From IMG/VR virus record IMGVR_UViG_3300029619_000251: 30,347 nucleotides of DNA. One strand, given 5' to 3'. Shown here piece by piece: positions 24,812 to 30,347 of the stretch. Origin of the DNA: a virus. Taxonomy: Duplodnaviria > Heunggongvirae > Uroviricota > Caudoviricetes. Made by a program: the position numbers and the translations under genes. The notes under the pieces were generated by a model, which was not told where the DNA came from, ran no database searches, and saw nothing but the letters and a program-made list of their open reading frames with translations. Every line of letters starts with the position of its first letter. Within the stretch, counting starts at the first letter, position 1.

Positions 24812-27251
24812 CAATGTAAAATTACAGGTATTGCTCAGGGCTGTTGACCAGGCATCCCGCCCGTTTAAATCCATCCGTACAGCGAGTAAGTCGCTGTCGG
24901 GGGATATCCGGGACACACAAAAATCACTGCGCGAGCTGAACGGTCAGGCATCCCGTATTGAGGGATTTCGCAAGACCAGTGCACAGCTCGCCGTGACTGG
25001 TCATGCACTTGAAAAGGCTCGGCAGGAAGCCGAAGCCCTTGCCACACAGTTTAAAAACACCGAACGTCCGACCCGTGCTCAGGCGAAAGTGCTGGAATCC
25101 GCAAAGCGTGCGGCGGAGGACTTACAGGCGAAATATAACCGCCTGACGGATTCCGTTAAACGCCAGCAGCGGGAACTGGCCGCTGTGGGAATTAATACCC
25201 GCAATCTTGCACATGATGAGCAGGGACTGAAAAACCGTATCAGTGAAACCACCGCACAACTTAACCGTCAGCGCGACGCGCTGGCGCGTGTCAGTGCGCA
25301 ACAGGCAAAACTTAACGCAGTAAAACAGCGTTATCAGGCCGGAAAGGAACTGGCCGGAAATATGGCCTCAGTAGGCGCTGCCGGTGTGGGGATTGCGGCG
25401 GCGGGAACGATGGCCGGAGTTAAGCTACTGATGCCCGGTTATGAGTTTGCGCAGAAAAACTCAGAATTGCAGGCTGTGCTCGGTGTGGCAAAAGACTCCG
25501 CCGAAATGGCTGCACTACGCAAGCAGGCGCGCCAGCTCGGTGACAATACCGCCGCCTCAGCGGATGATGCGGCCGGTGCGCAGATTATCATTGCGAAAGC
25601 GGGTGGAGATGCTGCGGCTATTCAGGCGGCAACGCCGGTCACGCTGAATATGGCGCTGGCGAATCAGCGGTCGATGGAAGAAAACGCGCAACTGTTGCTG
25701 GGGACTAAGGCATCCTTTCAACTGTCAAATGATGATGTCAGCCATGTGGGCGACGTGTTGTCGGCAACGATGAATAAGTCGGCGGCTGATTTTCAGGGAC
25801 TCAGTGATGCACTGACTTACCTCGGGCCGGTTGCGAGGACGGCAGGTGTAAGTCTTGAGCAGGCAGCGGCCATGACAGGTGTGCTGCATGACAATAACAT
25901 CAGGGGGTCAATGGCGGGTACGGGTAGCAGTGCCGTTGTCACCCGATTACAGGCACCGACTGGAAAAGCATGGGATGCACTCAAAGAGCTTGGCGTTAAA
26001 ACCTCGGACAAAAAGGGAAATATGCGTCCGTTGTTCACCATTCTGAAAGAGATTCAGGCCAGCTTTGATAAACACAAGCTGGGAACGTCTCAGAAGGGGG
26101 AATACCTTAAAACCATTTTTGGTGAGGAAGCCCTGAAATCAGCGAACGTTTTACTGGCAGCGGCAGCAAGCGGAAAACTGGATAAGCTGACCGCCACGCT
26201 GAAAGCCTCGGACGGTAAAACGGAAGAGCTGGTTAAAATCATGCAGGATAACCTCGGCGGTGACTTTAAGGAGTTTCAGTCCGCTTATGAGGCGGTGGGG
26301 ACAGACCTGTTTGACCAGCAGGAAGGCACACTGCGTAAGCTCACGCAGACGGCCACAAAGTATGTGTTAAAACTCGACGGCTGGATCCAGAAAAACAAAT
26401 CACTGGCGTCAACCATCGGCCTCATTGCCGGTGGCGCGCTGGCGCTGACTGGCATCATCGGTGCCATTGGTCTTGTAGCCTGGCCGGTTATCACCGGCAT
26501 CAATGCCATTATCGCGGCAGCAGGCGCAATGGGAGCAATCTTCACGACGGTTGGCAGTGCTGTTATGACGGCCATCGGGGCGATTAGCTGGCCGGTTGTG
26601 GCCGTGGTGGCCGCCATTGTCGCCGGGGCGTTGCTTATCCGTAAATACTGGGAGCCTGTCAGCGCATTCTTTGGCGGTGTGGTTGAAGGGCTGAAAGCGG
26701 CATTTGCGCCGGTGGGGGAGCTGTTCACGCCACTGAAACCGGTGTTTGACTGGCTGGGTGAAAAGTTACAGGCCGCGTGGCAGTGGTTTAAAAACCTGAT
26801 TGCCCCGGTCAAAGCCACCCAGGACACCCTGAACCGTTGCCGTGACACGGGCGTCATGTTCGGGCAGGCACTGGCTGACGCGCTGATGCTGCCGCTTAAT
26901 GCGTTCAACAAACTGCGCAGTGGTATTGACTGGGTACTGGAAAAACTCGGTGTTATCAACAAAGAGTCAGACACACTTGACCAGACCGCCGCAAGGACTC
27001 ATGCCGCCACGTATGGCACCGGTGGTTATATTCCGGCGACCAGCTCTTATGCAGGCTATCAGGCTTATCAGCCGGTCACGGCACCGGCTGGCCGCTCTTA
27101 TGTGGACCAGAGTAAAAACGAATATCACATCAGCCTGACCGGTGGTACTGCGCCGGGGACACAGCTTGACCGCCAGTTACAGGATGCGCTCGAAAAATAC
27201 GAGCGGGATAAACGTGCGCGCGCCCGTGCCAGCATGATGCATGACGGTTAA
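24804..27251 (+). CDS. T: tail tape measure protein
   Basis: 815 aa; long alpha-helical protein with a glycine/alanine-rich hydrophobic segment (IGLIAGGALALTGIIGAIGLVAWPVITGINAIIAAAGAMG). Confidence 0.9.
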   Translation: MSNNVKLQVLLRAVDQASRPFKSIRTASKSLSGDIRDTQKSLRELNGQASRIEGFRKTSAQLAVTGHALEKARQEAEALATQFKNTERPTRAQAKVLESAKRAAEDLQAKYNRLTDSVKRQQRELAAVGINTRNLAHDEQGLKNRISETTAQLNRQRDALARVSAQQAKLNAVKQRYQAGKELAGNMASVGAAGVGIAAAGTMAGVKLLMPGYEFAQKNSELQAVLGVAKDSAEMAALRKQARQLGDNTAASADDAAGAQIIIAKAGGDAAAIQAATPVTLNMALANQRSMEENAQLLLGTKASFQLSNDDVSHVGDVLSATMNKSAADFQGLSDALTYLGPVARTAGVSLEQAAAMTGVLHDNNIRGSMAGTGSSAVVTRLQAPTGKAWDALKELGVKTSDKKGNMRPLFTILKEIQASFDKHKLGTSQKGEYLKTIFGEEALKSANVLLAAAASGKLDKLTATLKASDGKTEELVKIMQDNLGGDFKEFQSAYEAVGTDLFDQQEGTLRKLTQTATKYVLKLDGWIQKNKSLASTIGLIAGGALALTGIIGAIGLVAWPVITGINAIIAAAGAMGAIFTTVGSAVMTAIGAISWPVVAVVAAIVAGALLIRKYWEPVSAFFGGVVEGLKAAFAPVGELFTPLKPVFDWLGEKLQAAWQWFKNLIAPVKATQDTLNRCRDTGVMFGQALADALMLPLNAFNKLRSGIDWVLEKLGVINKESDTLDQTAARTHAATYGTGGYIPATSSYAGYQAYQPVTAPAGRSYVDQSKNEYHISLTGGTAPGTQLDRQLQDALEKYERDKRARARASMMHDG

Positions 27252-27265
27252 GGAGGTGACGAAAA

Positions 27266-27745
27266 ATGATGCTCGCGTTAGGTATGTTTGTTTTTATGCG
27301 CCAGACGCTGCCACACCAGACCATGCAGCGTGAATCAGATTATCGCTGGCCGTCAAATTCCCGTATCGGTAAACGGGATGCCTTCCAGTTTCTCGGTATT
27401 GGCGAGGAAAACATCACGCTTGCCGGTGTGCTTTATCCCGAACTGACTGGCGGAAAGCTGACGATGACCACGCTCAGACTGATGGCAGAGGAAGGCCGGG
27501 CGTGGCCGTTGCTGGATGGCACCGGCATGATTTACGGCATGTATGTCATCAGCAAGGTGAGTGAAACAGGGAGTATTTTCTTTGCAGACGGCACACCACG
27601 GAAAATTGATTTTACGCTGTCGCTCACCCGCGTTGATGAGTCACTGGCCGCGCTTTATGGCGATATCGGTAAACAGGCGGAATCGCTCATCGGTAAGGCT
27701 GGCAGTATGGCGACTAAATTCACGGGTATGACGGGGGCGGGATAA
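27266..27745 (+). CDS. U: tail protein U
   Basis: 159-aa ORF with AAGGAGGTGA upstream. Confidence 0.85.
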   Translation: MMLALGMFVFMRQTLPHQTMQRESDYRWPSNSRIGKRDAFQFLGIGEENITLAGVLYPELTGGKLTMTTLRLMAEEGRAWPLLDGTGMIYGMYVISKVSETGSIFFADGTPRKIDFTLSLTRVDESLAALYGDIGKQAESLIGKAGSMATKFTGMTGAG

Positions 27746-28908
27746 TGCTGGATGCGCTGACATTTGATGCAGGCAGTACGCTGACGCCGGATTACATGCT
27801 GATGCTCGACAGCAGGGATATTACCGGCAATATCAGCGACCGTCTGATGAGCATGACCCTGACGGATAACCGGGGCTTTGAGGCTGACCAGCTTGATATT
27901 GAACTGAACGATGCCGACGGGCAGGTCGAGCTACCGATTCGTGGCGCTGTCCTGACGGTGTATATCGGCTGGAAAGGTTTTGCCCTGGTATGCAAAGGGA
28001 AATTTACCGTTGATGAGGTTGAACACCGGGGCGCGCCGGATGTGGTTACCATCCGCGCCCGGAGTGCAGATTTTCGCGGGACGCTCAATTCCCGCCGTGA
28101 AGGCTCCTGGCATGACACCACGCTCGGTGCGATTGTTGAGGCGATAGCCTCCCGTAACAAGCTGGAAGCCAGTGTCGCTCCGTCACTGGCCGGAATTAAA
28201 ATCCCGCACATCGACCAGTCGCAGGAGTCCGATGCGAAATTCCTGACCCGCCTTGCTGAACGCAACGGCGGTGAGGTGTCGGTAAAAATGGGAAAATTGT
28301 TGTTTCTCAAAGCGGGGCAGGGGGTGACGGCCAGCGGTAAAAAAATCCCGCAGATTACCATCACCCGCAGCGACGGCGACCGTCATCATTTTGCGATTGC
28401 TGACCGTGGAGCCTACACCGGCGTAACGGCAAAGTGGCTACACACCAAAGACCCGAAGCCGCAAAAGCAGAAGGTAAAACTGAAACGCAAAAAGAAAGAG
28501 AAACACCTGCGCGCACTGGAGCACCCGAAAGCGAAACCGGTCAGGCAGAAGAAAGCGCCTAAAGTACCGGAAGCGCGCGAAGGTGAATACATGGCCGGTG
28601 AGGCTGACAACGTTTTTGCCCTGACCACGGTATATGCCACGAAAGCGCAGGCCATGCGCGCCGCTCAGGCGAAGTGGGATAAACTGCAACGGGGCGTTGC
28701 GGAGTTCTCCATCAGCCTGGCTACCGGTCGGGCAGATATTTACACGGAAACGCCGGTCAAAGTGTCAGGCTTTAAGCGCGTCATAGACGAGCAGGACTGG
28801 ACAATCACTAAGGTGACACATTTTCTGAATAATAGCGGCTTCACGACGTCCTTGGAGCTTGAGGTCAGGCTTTCTGATGTGGAGTACGAAACAGAAGATG
28901 ATGAGTGA
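27745..28908 (+). CDS. D: late tail protein D
   Basis: 387-aa ORF, last structural gene before ogr. Confidence 0.85.
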   Translation: MLDALTFDAGSTLTPDYMLMLDSRDITGNISDRLMSMTLTDNRGFEADQLDIELNDADGQVELPIRGAVLTVYIGWKGFALVCKGKFTVDEVEHRGAPDVVTIRARSADFRGTLNSRREGSWHDTTLGAIVEAIASRNKLEASVAPSLAGIKIPHIDQSQESDAKFLTRLAERNGGEVSVKMGKLLFLKAGQGVTASGKKIPQITITRSDGDRHHFAIADRGAYTGVTAKWLHTKDPKPQKQKVKLKRKKKEKHLRALEHPKAKPVRQKKAPKVPEAREGEYMAGEADNVFALTTVYATKAQAMRAAQAKWDKLQRGVAEFSISLATGRADIYTETPVKVSGFKRVIDEQDWTITKVTHFLNNSGFTTSLELEVRLSDVEYETEDDE

Positions 28909-28989
28909 TGTTTTTATTTTATCTGTTTGTTTTATAAGGATAAATTAACTAAAATGGTACCATCAACAAAACCGGAAGAGGTGCTCGCG

Positions 28990-29208
28990 ATGTTTCATTG
29001 TCCTTTATGCCAGCATGCCGCACATGCGCGTACAAGCCGCTATATCACTGACACGACAAAAGAGCGTTATCACCAGTGTCAGAACGTGAATTGCAGCGCC
29101 ACGTTCATCACCTATGAGTCGGTACAGAGATACATCGTGAAGCCGGGAGAAGTCCACGCCGTAAGGCCGCACCCGTTGCCGTCAGGGCAGCAAATTATGT
29201 GGATGTGA
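28990..29208 (+). CDS. ogr: late-gene transcriptional activator Ogr (C4 zinc finger)
   Basis: 72 aa from the ATG at 28990: MFHCPLCQHAAHARTSRYITDTTKERYHQCQNVNCSATF... with a CxxC...CxxxxC zinc-finger pattern and GAGGTG upstream; matches P2 Ogr as recalled. Confidence 0.85.
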   Translation: MFHCPLCQHAAHARTSRYITDTTKERYHQCQNVNCSATFITYESVQRYIVKPGEVHAVRPHPLPSGQQIMWM

Positions 29209-29219
29209 TCACAAAAATA

Positions 29220-29244
29220 GCCCCTCAGTTGAGGGGCTTTATTT
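29220..29244 (+). terminator. ogr terminator
   Basis: GCCCCTC-AGTT-GAGGGGC hairpin followed by TTTATTT. Confidence 0.6.
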
Positions 29245-29252
29245 ATGGTCGA

Positions 29253-29271
29253 TGTGGACGCTATGTGGACA
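29253..29271 (+). repeat. direct repeats TGTGGAC(G/A), candidate Int arm-type binding sites in attR
   Basis: Two copies 11 bp apart just downstream of ogr. Resembles the P2 Int arm-site consensus as I recall it (TGTGGACA). Confidence 0.4.
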
Positions 29272-29336
29272 GCGGTTGACATAAATCCATTTATATCATC
29301 AGGTTAGGTGCTTTTTTGTGACACCATCCCTGTCTT

Positions 29337-29363
29337 CCCCCACATGATGTGGGGGTTTTTTTT
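29337..29363 (+). terminator. strong Rho-independent terminator hairpin in the prophage-host junction region
   Basis: CCCCCACAT-G-ATGTGGGGG followed by T8. May be the 3' end of the upstream host gene, or its phage-borne copy. Confidence 0.55.
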
Positions 29364-29444
29364 ATCCTCAATTTGCTTGCTGCTTAATGCATTGCAGATG
29401 ATTTGCTTCCGTTATACTAGCGTCAGTTGATAGCGGGAGTATTT

Positions 29445-30347
29445 ATGAATCAATCTTATGGACGGCTGGTCAGTCGGGCGGCGATTGCTGCAACGGCGAT
29501 GGCTTCACTGCTATTGCTGATTAAAATTTTTGCATGGTGGTATACCGGGTCGGTGAGTATTCTCGCCGCGCTGGTGGATTCGCTGGTGGATATCGGCGCG
29601 TCGTTGACGAATTTACTGGTGGTGCGATATTCCCTGCAACCTGCCGACGATAATCACTCGTTTGGTCACGGTAAAGCTGAGTCCCTCGCGGCGCTGGCGC
29701 AAAGTATGTTTATCTCCGGTTCAGCACTATTCCTGTTTTTGACGGGTATTCAACATCTGATATCTCCAACACCGATGACAGATCCAGGCGTCGGGGTTAT
29801 CGTGACAATTGTGGCGCTAATTTGTACGATTATCCTTGTCTCGTTTCAGCGGTGGGTGGTGCGCCGGACGCAAAGCCAGGCGGTGCGGGCTGATATGCTA
29901 CATTACCAGTCTGATGTTATGATGAACGGCGCAATTCTGCTGGCGCTGGGGTTGTCCTGGTACGGCTGGCATCGCGCCGATGCTCTGTTTGCATTGGGAA
30001 TCGGCATCTATATTTTATATAGCGCGTTACGCATGGGATATGAGGCGGTACAGTCATTACTGGATCGCGCATTGCCTGATGAAGAACGGCAAGAAATTAT
30101 TGATATCGTGACTTCCTGGCCGGGTGTTAGCGGCGCTCACGATCTTCGCACGCGGCAGTCAGGGCCGACCCGCTTTATTCAGATTCATTTGGAAATGGAA
30201 GACTCTCTGCCTTTGGTTCAGGCACATATGGTGGCGGATCAGGTAGAGCAGGCTATTTTACGGCGTTTTCCGGGATCGGATGTGATTATCCATCAGGACC
30301 CCTGTTCCGTCGTACCCAGGGAGGGTAAACGGTCTATGCTTTCATAA
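29445..30347 (+). CDS. fieF: cation-diffusion-facilitator family Fe(II)/Zn(II) efflux transporter FieF (YiiP)
   Basis: 300-aa [38 protein letters not shown]... with the CDF signature (HSFGHGKAE); matches E. coli FieF as recalled. GGGAG 7 nt upstream; stop TAA is the last codon of the window. Confidence 0.9.

Noticed and set aside
26285-26974. 229-aa antisense ORF inside the tape-measure gene T
   Set aside because: Fully embedded in T on the opposite strand, with no start context; typical GC-rich shadow ORF.
1-30347. CRISPR arrays, tRNA/rRNA genes and IS elements
   Set aside because: No regularly spaced short repeats, no tRNA-like cloverleaf candidates and no transposase-like ORF with terminal inverted repeats were seen anywhere in the window.

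Overview
Almost the whole window (1 to about 29,440) is a single P2-like temperate myovirus prophage (Peduovirus-type), followed by the start of host chromosome with the cation-diffusion-facilitator gene fieF (29445-30347). Gene order is the canonical P2 prophage order: int-C | cox-orf-B-4 small ORFs-A | cargo-cos | Q-P (minus strand) | O-N-M-L-X-Y-K-lysA-lysB-lysC-R-S-V-W-J-I-H-G | invertible tail-fibre segment-moron-invertase | FI-FII-E/E'-T-U-D-ogr | attR. attL lies just left of the window, since the int stop codon is at positions 1-3. Several protein lengths match what I recall for phage P2, but this recollection is unverified. The phage differs from P2 in three places: (i) the C/cox immunity region; (ii) the tail-fibre locus, where H is shorter and carries a Hin/Gin/Cin-type invertible segment (about 19424-21298) with alternative fibre C-termini and chaperones plus a serine invertase; (iii) the two classical P2 cargo hotspots. 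The A-cos hotspot holds only a 0.9 kb island with a 37-codon peptide gene, a bidirectional terminator and 15-bp direct repeats. The G-FI hotspot holds an AT-rich 105-aa gene of unknown function next to the invertase. I found no CRISPR array, tRNA, rRNA or IS element and no recognisable multi-gene defence system; the two hotspot cargo genes are the best candidates for something undescribed. All calls are made by eye from the sequence and ORF track; no database search was run.
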